DNA of 22,200 nucleotides from a virus (lineage: Duplodnaviria > Heunggongvirae > Uroviricota > Caudoviricetes). The translations under genes were made by a program, and so were the position numbers. Each line of letters opens with the position of its first letter. Within the stretch, counting starts at the first letter, position 1. The stretch is taken from positions 1 through 22,200 of IMG/VR virus record IMGVR_UViG_3300037471_001733. The stretch is one strand, 5' to 3'. Below the pieces are notes generated by a model. That model saw only the letters and a program-made list of their open reading frames with translations. It searched no databases and had not been told where the DNA came from. Of this stretch, positions 15,087 to 22,200 are shown one piece after another.

Positions 15087-15371
15087 GGCCAAGCCGGCCG
15101 CTTCCATCGCGCGGATGTCTTCAAACAGAACGTCGAACTCTTCGTCAGTCAGACGCATGCGCGCCATGTGAGTCAGAACGACGTTGTGGTCTAGGGCGTA
15201 GTGGCCGCCCATGCTGGTGCGCCACTGATTGCGCACGAGGTCGAAGAGGCGGAAAGCCTGCAGGTTTTCCGGCCAAACTTCGACAGGTTCAGGCTCGTAG
15301 TCCTCGGCGGACAGACCGGAGCCTTCAAGAGACTTGGCGGAAGGTGGCTGCCAGCACAGCACCTTCGCCAA
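15063..15371 (-). CDS. Second tail assembly chaperone ORF (DUF1799-like), probably made as a frameshift fusion
   Basis: VEVWPENLQAFRLF...NQWR....G.YALD motif. TTG start without a clear SD; lies in the -1 frame of the upstream chaperone. Confidence 0.85.
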   Translation of the reverse strand: MAKVLCWQPPSAKSLEGSGLSAEDYEPEPVEVWPENLQAFRLFDLVRNQWRTSMGGHYALDHNVVLTHMARMRLTDEEFDVLFEDIRAMEAAGLAAMREHQD

Positions 15372-15376
15372 GGCCT

Positions 15377-15853
15377 TCAGTTTCCCAGGCGGCCCTCTTT
15401 CAGCGCACGGTTGTATGCGTCAGCAATCGCAGCCGCAGCGCCAGGGAAGCGGTCAACCAACTGCAGCACGTTCTCGCGGTCGAACGCATCGGCAAGCTCC
15501 CAACCCTCTGCTGCCGACAGGATGTAGTCCGCATGCCCCTCGTTGATGGCCATGGCGAACTCGGCCTCGGTCGGAGGCTTCGGAGGCTCCACAACAGGCT
15601 CAGCAGCAGCCGGCTTGCGGCCCTTCTTCGCAGGCGCCTCAGCAGCAGCGGCTATCGGCGTCTTGATCCGGTCCACAAGCGCATCAATACGCGCGCGCGA
15701 AGCGGTCGACTGATCGTCAGTCATTTGCGCAAGCTCAGTCCGCGTGCGGTACTTGAACGTGAACTCCAGCGCGTCTGGCTCGCCGCCGGGCACAGGAATG
15801 TCAACGCTCAGTTTGAAATTGGCCGGGCGCTTGCCGAGGGTGATCTTTGCCAT
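15377..15853 (-). CDS. Tail assembly chaperone (gpG-like), 158 aa
   Basis: MAKITLGKRPANF..V.IPVPGG....LEFTFKYRTR, and GWELADAFDRENV.QL...FPGAA.AI..AY..AL..GRLGN. ATG 15853 chosen because the longer start runs through a terminator. Confidence 0.88.
   Translation of the reverse strand: MAKITLGKRPANFKLSVDIPVPGGEPDALEFTFKYRTRTELAQMTDDQSTASRARIDALVDRIKTPIAAAAEAPAKKGRKPAAAEPVVEPPKPPTEAEFAMAINEGHADYILSAAEGWELADAFDRENVLQLVDRFPGAAAAIADAYNRALKEGRLGN
15380..15386 (-). promoter_or_regulatory. Programmed -1 ribosomal frameshift site GGGAAAC
   Basis: CTG GGA AAC TGA at the chaperone end (X XXY YYZ). The -1 frame reads AAA CTG AAG GCC TTG GCG, continuous with ORF 15063-15371, as in lambda G/GT. Confidence 0.85.
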
Positions 15854-15875
15854 TGTGTTGTCGTTGAGTAGGAAC

Positions 15876-15909
15876 AAAAAAAGCCAGCCGGGAGCTACCG
15901 CGGCTGGCT
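15876..15909 (-). terminator. Intrinsic terminator-like hairpin
   Basis: 9-bp stem AGCCAGCCG/CGGCTGGCT followed by a T run on the minus strand. Confidence 0.65.
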
Positions 15910-15960
15910 GTGTAAGCCCGGTGCCCACGCACCGGGATGGCGTGCATCGTGAGATGCATG

Positions 15961-15993
15961 AAAAAGCCCGCAGGGCTTGCGCCGTGCGGGCTT
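15961..15993 (-). terminator. Intrinsic terminator-like hairpin downstream of the homing endonuclease
   Basis: Stem AAGCCCGCA/TGCGGGCTT, then TTTCAT on the minus strand. Confidence 0.65.
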
Positions 15994-16022
15994 GTGACTA
16001 CCCCTTGCGGGGAGGAATCTGT

Positions 16023-17087
16023 TTAGGCTTCGGCGACTTCTGTCTCAGCCTTAGATGCAGCTTCCGCTGCGGCCTTGGCGGCTTCCTTCGCCGCCTTGTT
16101 ACGGGCTCGCGTCTCAGCACACTTGGCTAGGCGGGCGGCCTTCACTTCCGGGTCTGCCCATGCGGCTATCACTTTGGCTGTCGGCTTGGGGACGTGCTGC
16201 GGCTTTATGAGGCCGGCAGCTTCCGCTTCAGCCTTCTTGCGGGCGCGCGTGGCAGCGCACTTCTCCAGGCGAGCAGCCTTCTTCTCGGGATCATCCCAAA
16301 TGGACTGCGTGTGCCGCCTCCGCACCTCGCGCTCTTCATCCGACAAGCGTTTCTTCTCTAGCCTGAACTGCTCCCAATACTTCCTGGAAGCCTCTAGTGT
16401 TTGCTCTCGGCCTTCTTCCGACCAATTCTTCGGCTTGCCTTTCATCGCCTCTGAACGCTTTCGCTTCTGCTCCTCGCTCATTGGAGCGCGAGTTTTGCCG
16501 GCGTTCGCGGCTCCGATCTTGGCCTTCCGCTCCGCAGGCATCGGCCCCATCTTCTTGCCGAGTCTCGCGGCCCTCAATTTGGCTGCGTGCTCTTCCGTGA
16601 TTGGGCCGCGTTTCTTGCCGATCCGCGAGGCCGACATCTTCGCCCTCGTTTCTTCCGAGGGCACATAACCCTTGTGCGAATCAGAGAGCTTTCGCCTGTG
16701 CTCTTCAGAAAGCGGCTTGCCGCGTAAAGCCTGAGCCCTACGCTCTATAGTTTCCGCATGCTGCCTACCGGAGCCGCCTCCAGCATTTAGGTTGTATCCC
16801 TTGCTTTTATTGCGGGTGTCATAGAAGTTGATGAACTCGACCTCTTTCTCGTTGAGTTCATCTTTGTTTGACGCCTCAAAAATAACCTTTATCTCAAACG
16901 CCTCTACACCATATTTGGCAATTGAGTTTTTCAGCCTTCGGCATCCGGTGCTGTCTCTGATGTGTTTCCGCCACCTGCTTTTGACAGAGCCCACGGTCTG
17001 CCCTATGTAGCGCTTGCCAGTCACCACGTTGGTGATCATATAGATCACGCCGTAGGGCTTCGGTCGTGTAGAATCCGCGCCAGCCAT
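16023..17087 (-). CDS. Free-standing GIY-YIG homing endonuclease with NUMOD3 repeats, 354 aa
   Basis: GVIYMITNVVTGKRYIGQT, conserved R (SRWRKH), E (LNEKEVEFI) and GYN. Multiple SEE(H/T/Q)R.K(L/M)S...G.K repeats. The catalytic-domain DNA is AT-richer than its neighbours. Confidence 0.9.
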   Translation of the reverse strand: MAGADSTRPKPYGVIYMITNVVTGKRYIGQTVGSVKSRWRKHIRDSTGCRRLKNSIAKYGVEAFEIKVIFEASNKDELNEKEVEFINFYDTRNKSKGYNLNAGGGSGRQHAETIERRAQALRGKPLSEEHRRKLSDSHKGYVPSEETRAKMSASRIGKKRGPITEEHAAKLRAARLGKKMGPMPAERKAKIGAANAGKTRAPMSEEQKRKRSEAMKGKPKNWSEEGREQTLEASRKYWEQFRLEKKRLSDEEREVRRRHTQSIWDDPEKKAARLEKCAATRARKKAEAEAAGLIKPQHVPKPTAKVIAAWADPEVKAARLAKCAETRARNKAAKEAAKAAAEAASKAETEVAEA

Positions 17088-17117
17088 TTCTTGCAGTCCT
17101 TTCCTGCTGAGTGGTTA

Positions 17118-17152
17118 GAAACCCGCAGCCGTTAGCAGCGACTGCGGGTTTC
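17118..17152. promoter_or_regulatory. 11-bp stem-loop in the leader of the homing endonuclease
   Basis: GAAACCCGCAG (17118-17128) pairs with CTGCGGGTTTC (17142-17152); 13-nt loop. Confidence 0.55.
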
Positions 17153-17198
17153 GCTATTTTCGGGCCTATGCGTATATTTACAGCAAAGACCCTACTGA

Positions 17199-17846
17199 TT
17201 ATGCTGAATAGCGCGTGTGCCTGGAATTTCCGTTTACGACTGCCGAGATGCGATTTATCTGACCTTCCGTCAGACGCGGCACATCATTCAAAGCGACACG
17301 GCCCGGGATATATACCCGCGAGCCATTGCGCAGGAGCATTTTCAGAACCGTATCGGACTGCACGTCGGTCAGGCTGCGCAGCGCGGTATACCCAGCCGTG
17401 GTGTCGTCGTCGTCCAATTCCAGGGTGTACGACGTCGGGGTGAAACCGTCATTAATCGAAAATTCTGTATCATTTTCGAGATATTTGTAAGTAACAGTTT
17501 TCGGATCGCCGCCCGAAGTTTGCGGGTTCATGATCTTCGTGAGCTGCACCCAGGTCGTGACCTTGCGCACCGTGCCAGCGCCGCCGCTGGCGGGATACGT
17601 GGTCGTGCTGCTGGTGTCCAGATTGACCAGCGTGAACGTGGTGGACGTCACGGCACCGATCTCGAACACCCGCTTGGTAACGCGACCCCAGCCGTTGGTG
17701 ATCTCCACCACATCGCCGTTGGAGTAGCTGTGCGCCGTGGAGGTCGTGACGACTGCGGTGGAGGCGTTGCTGACGCCAGTCACGGTGAAAGACGAGCCGA
17801 AGGCGGTTGCCACACTGAAGGTGGTCCCGGTAGGTACGTTAGCCAT
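17199..17846 (-). CDS. Major tail tube protein (Phage_tail_3-like), 215 aa
   Basis: MANVPTGTTFSVAT, H...NGDVVEIT.GW, G.G..RKVTTWVQL..I.NPQTSGGDP...TY.YLE and LKMLL.NGS..Y.PG.V.LN..P motifs. Confidence 0.9.
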   Translation of the reverse strand: MANVPTGTTFSVATAFGSSFTVTGVSNASTAVVTTSTAHSYSNGDVVEITNGWGRVTKRVFEIGAVTSTTFTLVNLDTSSTTTYPASGGAGTVRKVTTWVQLTKIMNPQTSGGDPKTVTYKYLENDTEFSINDGFTPTSYTLELDDDDTTAGYTALRSLTDVQSDTVLKMLLRNGSRVYIPGRVALNDVPRLTEGQINRISAVVNGNSRHTRYSA

Positions 17847-17865
17847 TTGTTGGGCTTCCCAAATG

Positions 17866-17915
17866 AAAAAGCCCGCGAAAGCGGGCCAATGAAAAAGGCC
17901 GCCCGAAGGCGGCCT
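17866..17915 (-). terminator. Two tandem terminator-like hairpins
   Basis: Minus strand AGGCCGCC-TTCG-GGCGGCCT-TTTTCATT, then GCCCGC-TTTC-GCGGGC-TTTTTCATT. Confidence 0.7.
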
Positions 17916-17949
17916 GCTCTTGATGGCCTAACGGCCGGTGATTTGTTGA

Positions 17950-18303
17950 CTACTCAGCTTTCCAGCAGTCGAACTCCTGCATGGCTCCGTAGAGCCCGAG
18001 GTCTGGTTCGTTGATGGCGCCGAATGCGCTGAGGGGACGGGCGTCCATGTCGGTAGCGGCGCGCATGGCGGCGGCTACCTGCTTGGCAAGCGTGGTTGCT
18101 TGGGCACGGGTGTTCGCCCAGAGGTTGATCTGCATGCGCGCGTTGCGAATGCCAGATGCCGTCTTGTCGATGTAGTTGACCTCTTCGCCGCCGACCTGGA
18201 TGTAGGTGGCCCAGGGTCGCGGCGTGTCGAACGGGGCGGTGTCTGGGAAGACGCGGCCCCCGAAGATGGAGCCGATGGCCGAGACGATGCTTTGCTCGAT
18301 CAC
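17950..18303 (-). CDS. Tail terminator (DUF3168 family), 117 aa
   Basis: GGRVFPDTAP..TPRPWATY.QVGG and NARMQINLWA.TR..A motifs; positioned between the gp10-like gene and the tail tube. Confidence 0.88.
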   Translation of the reverse strand: MIEQSIVSAIGSIFGGRVFPDTAPFDTPRPWATYIQVGGEEVNYIDKTASGIRNARMQINLWANTRAQATTLAKQVAAAMRAATDMDARPLSAFGAINEPDLGLYGAMQEFDCWKAE

Positions 18304-18941
18304 AGCACTTCCCTCACCTTCTGGATCATCACTGAGTTGGCCGCGCGCAGTGCGAAGTCGATGTTCTGGTCATAGGCTGGACGCAGGAATGGCTGAGCTG
18401 GCGTCCACCGCGGGCCACCTGGCCATGGGTAGAAGAACTTCAGCTTCTCCGACATCGGAGCGTTGCTCTTTGGCAGTGGCTTGCCGCGCATCTCGGGGCG
18501 CACGATGGTGTACCAGTTGCCAGTCTTCTCATCCTTGTGAACGACGAATGGCTGCCAGTGTCCGAATTCCATGTCGCCCAGCGACGTGCCGCGACCTTCC
18601 AAGAAGTGCCCGTGTGCCGCGTAGCCGTGAGACCTCTTCTTGGTACGGCCTGAGTTCCAAGACACACGATAGGTGGCTCTGGAGTAGCCGGCGCCAGCCT
18701 CTTTGCTCTGCTTCTCGGCGAATGCGCGGTACAGCGAACGACGAAGGTCACCACCTGGGTACAACTTGCCGGTGCTGGAGTCGTAGTGCGGCGCATTGGC
18801 CACCGGCACTTTGCTCATGGCCGCTTCGTAGAGTACCTTCGCGCCCGCGTGCGCCGCCAGACGTACCGCGTCCTTGATGGCCGCTTCGATCTCGTCCAAT
18901 TTGGCAGACATGCGCGAGAAGTCGAACTTGATGTTCAACAT
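18300..18941 (-). CDS. HK97 gp10-like tail completion/neck protein, 213 aa
   Basis: AAHAGAKVLY.AA...VPV, GDLRRSLY, EFGH and W.PAQPFLRPAYD motifs. Confidence 0.88.
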   Translation of the reverse strand: MLNIKFDFSRMSAKLDEIEAAIKDAVRLAAHAGAKVLYEAAMSKVPVANAPHYDSSTGKLYPGGDLRRSLYRAFAEKQSKEAGAGYSRATYRVSWNSGRTKKRSHGYAAHGHFLEGRGTSLGDMEFGHWQPFVVHKDEKTGNWYTIVRPEMRGKPLPKSNAPMSEKLKFFYPWPGGPRWTPAQPFLRPAYDQNIDFALRAANSVMIQKVREVL

Positions 18942-18944
18942 GGC

Positions 18945-21389
18945 TCACCACCTTTTCGCCATGACTAGGCGCGCGTGGTTGATGGACGGCTGAGGCAGCA
19001 CAAGCAGCGCCGCTTGGTCTTCGTTGAGCGCGACATTGCCGGCCTGGTCTGTCGTGCGGGCCGTGACGGCGTAGTAGCCGGGCGGCAGCACCGGCAGATC
19101 CAGCGACCAAGAAATGCCCGTGATCACCAGGCCGTTGGCCGTCGTGTACGTCTCGGTGCCGACACCGACCGACAGCGTGTCGCCGGCCGATGCCGACCAA
19201 GTGCCGGTAAGCGTTGCAGCGATGCCGTAGGCAACGGTCGCACCGGACACCGTAGGCTCCAGCGGCGGCGTCAGGTCAACGGTGATCGGGAAAACAGTGC
19301 TAAAGGCGCCCACAAGGTCGCCGTTGCGCACGCGCGCACGGTACGTGTAGGCGCCTTCCGTCAATCCGCTGTCCGCATACGTCCAGGCTGTGCCGGTGGA
19401 GGTGAGCATGCCCAGCGTGACGTAAGTGCCGCTTGCGGGAGCGCGCTGCAGTTCAATGCGCTCGGACCCTACGAGCGCGGTGCTGAGCGTGCCAACAACA
19501 GCCGGGGCCGAGGAGTTCGTGTAGCCCGCACTGGCTGCACCGCCAACGGACGTGAACGACACCGTCGTCGTGGGTGCCGCCATGCCCGTGGTGTTCGTGG
19601 CGGAGACGTCTGCAAAGCTCGCCGCGTAGTTGCCGGCCAGGTCTTGGATGCGCGCGGTTCCCGAGGACGGCTGCGTGTAGCTGACCGTCACTGTCGAGCC
19701 AGCGGTGACAGACGCACCCAGATCCAAACGGACGCGCTTCAAATCCTCATTCACGAAGGTGCCAGAGACCGTGACCGGAGAGCCCCCCTGCTTGACAGAG
19801 AACGCACTGCCCGGCGCCTTGAATCCGGCGGTATTCGTCAGGTTCAGCGCATCAGTGAACGTGATGAGGACGACGTTGTCGTTGACCGTGATCTGCTGAA
19901 GGTCGGGCGGATCGTTGTCATATGTGAATGTCAGTCCGGTCGATGCCGCGCCGGGCGTGCCGCCTACGACTTGACGCACATACCACGTATTGCTGCCCTG
20001 GACAGGTGCGGGTGTCGTGGTCGTCCACGGGCCGGAGCTCGTCGTGGAGTACTCCAAGCTTGCGCCGCTGGAAGCACCAGTGACGGTGACCGCAGGGTTG
20101 CTGGTGATCTTGTCGGTGGTGGACGGACCAGTGTCGGTCGTCAGCGCCAGCGTGAGCGTGCCGGTGGGCGGCGGCGGTGGCGGTGCAGGGGTCGACTCCA
20201 GCTTCGTCGGGATGGTAGTGACGACACCAGGCGTCGTGCTGTGGTAGTCAGGACCGGGGCTGGACCACAAGTCCCAAAAGAAGTCTCTTATGAGATTCCA
20301 AGGCTTGAGAGCAGTCAGCGAGCCGTCCGAGTTGTGCAGCGCCCAGGTAGCCGCCTGCCATGTGATATGAGTCCCCCTCAATCCCGCGCGGAACGTGCCG
20401 TCCACAGTGACGCCCGTGGTCGTCATGCGGTTGTAGACGTTCTGCAGCGTCGGATTCCCGCTGGAATCCTTCAGGTGGGCAATCGAATAGACGCGAGGCG
20501 TGGCTGTTGCGTCGGCGTGGCTGTTGTGCTCCCAGTTCTGGTTCTGGATGCTCGGACTGATTGCCGTCTTCCCCTGTGCGTCGGCGTACTTCTTGTAGAC
20601 GCCGTTCTCGACGCTTGAATCGTCCCACCAAGTGTCAGGCCCGCCGAGCGTGATGCCGTTGTCAACCATCGGCCCGCACATGGTGTTGACGGCGTAGGTA
20701 GGGAAATTCACAAAGTGCCCCACGATGGTCGTGGGGAACTTCGCCTTCGTGCGGGTCTGAATGCGCAGCAGCGCATCCTTTTGCTTCAACTGCTGGTCTG
20801 ACGTCAGAGCAACACCGTCGTTGTTGCCCCAAGACGTTTCGTTGAAGTCGATGGTGGACAGCAGGTAGCGAATGTCGCCGGCCGGGCGGCCGATGCTGTC
20901 CAGCGCCGCGCCCATGGCTTCCATGAACAGCGCCAACCGTTCTTCTACGGCAGGAATCCAAAGCGCGGGGTGCTCGTTTATCGCGTCAGGATTTTCTTTG
21001 TTGCCCCAGGTATAGACGCCGATTCCGTAATCGCTTTTGTAGCCGCTCTGCCCAGGGCGTAAGTAGGCAGGCGCCCCACGCCCCCCGATGCCTTTGAACT
21101 GCAGCAGGATGCGCATGTAGAGGTCTCGCCCAATGGCGAGACTGCGCGTCTTGAGCGTCTGGAGGTCGGCAAGGATCGAGCTGAAGTCATAGATATACGT
21201 GCCAGAGCCGGCCGGACTCTCTTTCTCCAGGTTCTTCCAGACATAGCGCATCTGGACCCCAATGAGGTTGGGGATGTTGCTGGATGCAGTAGTGGTGCTG
21301 GCGATGCCGTCAAGAAGCGTCGTGAGGTTCTTGGTGTCGCCTGCGCCCAGGACATAGTGTCCCGGATACCACTTGAAGTTCGTCGACAT
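18945..21389 (-). CDS. Multidomain protein: GH-A-like TIM barrel + Pro linker + Ig-like/SwmB-like domains, 814 aa
   Basis: KWYPGHY, GVQMRYVWKNLE...GTY.YDFS (GH35/42-like) and DFNETSWG. PAPPPPP linker. LALTTDTGPSTTDKITS Ig-like start. SwmB-like VLITFTDAL...VTVSYT.P..G..IQDLAGN. Ends ARTTDQAGN. Confidence 0.65.
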   Translation of the reverse strand: MSTNFKWYPGHYVLGAGDTKNLTTLLDGIASTTTASSNIPNLIGVQMRYVWKNLEKESPAGSGTYIYDFSSILADLQTLKTRSLAIGRDLYMRILLQFKGIGGRGAPAYLRPGQSGYKSDYGIGVYTWGNKENPDAINEHPALWIPAVEERLALFMEAMGAALDSIGRPAGDIRYLLSTIDFNETSWGNNDGVALTSDQQLKQKDALLRIQTRTKAKFPTTIVGHFVNFPTYAVNTMCGPMVDNGITLGGPDTWWDDSSVENGVYKKYADAQGKTAISPSIQNQNWEHNSHADATATPRVYSIAHLKDSSGNPTLQNVYNRMTTTGVTVDGTFRAGLRGTHITWQAATWALHNSDGSLTALKPWNLIRDFFWDLWSSPGPDYHSTTPGVVTTIPTKLESTPAPPPPPPTGTLTLALTTDTGPSTTDKITSNPAVTVTGASSGASLEYSTTSSGPWTTTTPAPVQGSNTWYVRQVVGGTPGAASTGLTFTYDNDPPDLQQITVNDNVVLITFTDALNLTNTAGFKAPGSAFSVKQGGSPVTVSGTFVNEDLKRVRLDLGASVTAGSTVTVSYTQPSSGTARIQDLAGNYAASFADVSATNTTGMAAPTTTVSFTSVGGAASAGYTNSSAPAVVGTLSTALVGSERIELQRAPASGTYVTLGMLTSTGTAWTYADSGLTEGAYTYRARVRNGDLVGAFSTVFPITVDLTPPLEPTVSGATVAYGIAATLTGTWSASAGDTLSVGVGTETYTTANGLVITGISWSLDLPVLPPGYYAVTARTTDQAGNVALNEDQAALLVLPQPSINHARLVMAKRW

Positions 21390-21396
21390 CCCAGTC

Positions 21397-21945
21397 TCAG
21401 CGCTCGATGTAGACCCGGAAATCGGGGACGACGCACCACTCAGCGGTACCGGACGCGGTCATCGCCGCGGCCAAGGTCAACTTAAAGCCCGTGGTGATGT
21501 TGGGAATCGTGTCGATGGCCGGGCGCACGTTCGTGATCTGGGCGGACATCGACGAGAAGCCGGAGCCAGCGCCCTGCTTCCTCATCGTCGTGTTGCTGAC
21601 GATGCGCCACTCGGTGGACCAGCCGGCCGTGGTGTTCGTGGCCGCCATCGTGATACCGAACGAGCTGATAGCCGTGTCGGTCAGGTTGCCGTTCGGTCCC
21701 GCATAAAGCGCGGTCTGGATACCGTCAGTGGTGGACGTGGTGACGTTGGTGCCCTTGCCAATGGCGACATAGATGCGCAGCAGATCGCCGACCTTGAGCG
21801 CGTTGGGCGGCACGGTGCACACGCAGTTGTTCATGGCCCGCATGCTGGTGTTGCCAGGAGCTGCGGTGTCGCCGCCATCGGCAAGAAGTCGGAACAGCCG
21901 CGTCGTCGGCATGCTGTCCCGAAGTCGGAAGATGCCGCCGCTCAC
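21397..21945 (-). CDS. Hypothetical Thr/Gly-rich beta-structured virion-like protein, 182 aa
   Basis: GTG start overlapping the upstream stop (GTGA); composition typical of fibre or decoration domains. Confidence 0.7.
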   Translation of the reverse strand: MSGGIFRLRDSMPTTRLFRLLADGGDTAAPGNTSMRAMNNCVCTVPPNALKVGDLLRIYVAIGKGTNVTTSTTDGIQTALYAGPNGNLTDTAISSFGITMAATNTTAGWSTEWRIVSNTTMRKQGAGSGFSSMSAQITNVRPAIDTIPNITTGFKLTLAAAMTASGTAEWCVVPDFRVYIER

Positions 21946-22199
21946 AGATAGCTCTCCCGGAAAACGAACTTCTGCGCTGCAACTAGGCCGAGCACCCGAA
22001 GCACGCCGCTGGTGACCATGTTCTCCGGGCAGACGAACATGGAGCCGGCCGGCACACAGATGCAGGCATTGGCAACCGGAATGTTCGTGTCATCGACCCA
22101 GAGGTCATTGCTTGTGTCGAGGTTCTGCAGGAGCCAGCCGGTACGGTTGACGCGCGCCGCGGCAAGGGTCTGCGCGACGCCTGCAGTCGTGATCGTCGT
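21942..22199 (-). CDS. Partial (5' end outside window) small beta-sandwich phage structural protein
   Basis: Translated by hand: ...TTITTAGVAQTLAAARVNRTGWLLQNLDTSNDLWVDDTNIPVANACICVPAGSMFVCPENMVTSGVLRVLGLVAAQKFVFRESYL*. The stop overlaps the next start. Absent from the ORF track because it has no start codon in the window. Confidence 0.75.
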   Translation of the reverse strand, partial: TTITTAGVAQTLAAARVNRTGWLLQNLDTSNDLWVDDTNIPVANACICVPAGSMFVCPENMVTSGVLRVLGLVAAQKFVFRESYL

Positions 22200-22200
22200 G

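Larger units (their letters stand above)
1164..22200 (-). mobile_element. Siphovirus-type (pro)phage late region: neck, tail, lysis and decoration genes
   Basis: Co-oriented, tightly coupled minus-strand genes (TGATG/GTGA overlaps) in canonical order gp10-like, terminator, tail tube, chaperones, tape measure, tailspike, lysis. Continues beyond the right edge. No att site or integrase visible. Confidence 0.93.

Noticed and set aside
15854-15928. 25-aa N-terminal extension of the tail chaperone
   Set aside because: It is translated through a terminator hairpin and U-tract (LFLFLL); family similarity starts at MAKITLGK.
1-22200. CRISPR array, tRNA/rRNA, DGR or invertible tail-fibre cassette
   Set aside because: No regularly spaced repeats, RNA gene signatures, reverse transcriptase, TR/VR pair or duplicated fibre C-termini seen.

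Overview
High-GC window that is almost entirely the late region of a siphovirus-type (pro)phage, read on the minus strand. From right to left: three virion-decoration-like genes (including an 814-aa glycoside-hydrolase/Ig-like protein), HK97 gp10-like neck protein, tail terminator, tail tube, GIY-YIG/NUMOD3 homing endonuclease, tail assembly chaperones with a -1 frameshift, 1703-aa tape measure, a tail-tip protein, a beta-helix tailspike, a lysis cassette (two holin-like genes, GH108 endolysin), a GTA-type head-spike base gene and a truncated fibre gene. A secreted HAF-repeat gene lies convergently at the left edge. Two TnpB elements (an IS607 with tnpA+tnpB, and a tnpA-less IS200/IS605 element) sit antisense, exactly at stop/start junctions, without altering any phage protein. 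Both empty sites can be reconstructed by hand. With the homing endonuclease, next to an AT-recoded patch of the tail tube gene, the module carries three apparently intact nucleases that should cut uninvaded alleles of related phages. All family assignments come from motif recognition by eye; no database search was run.
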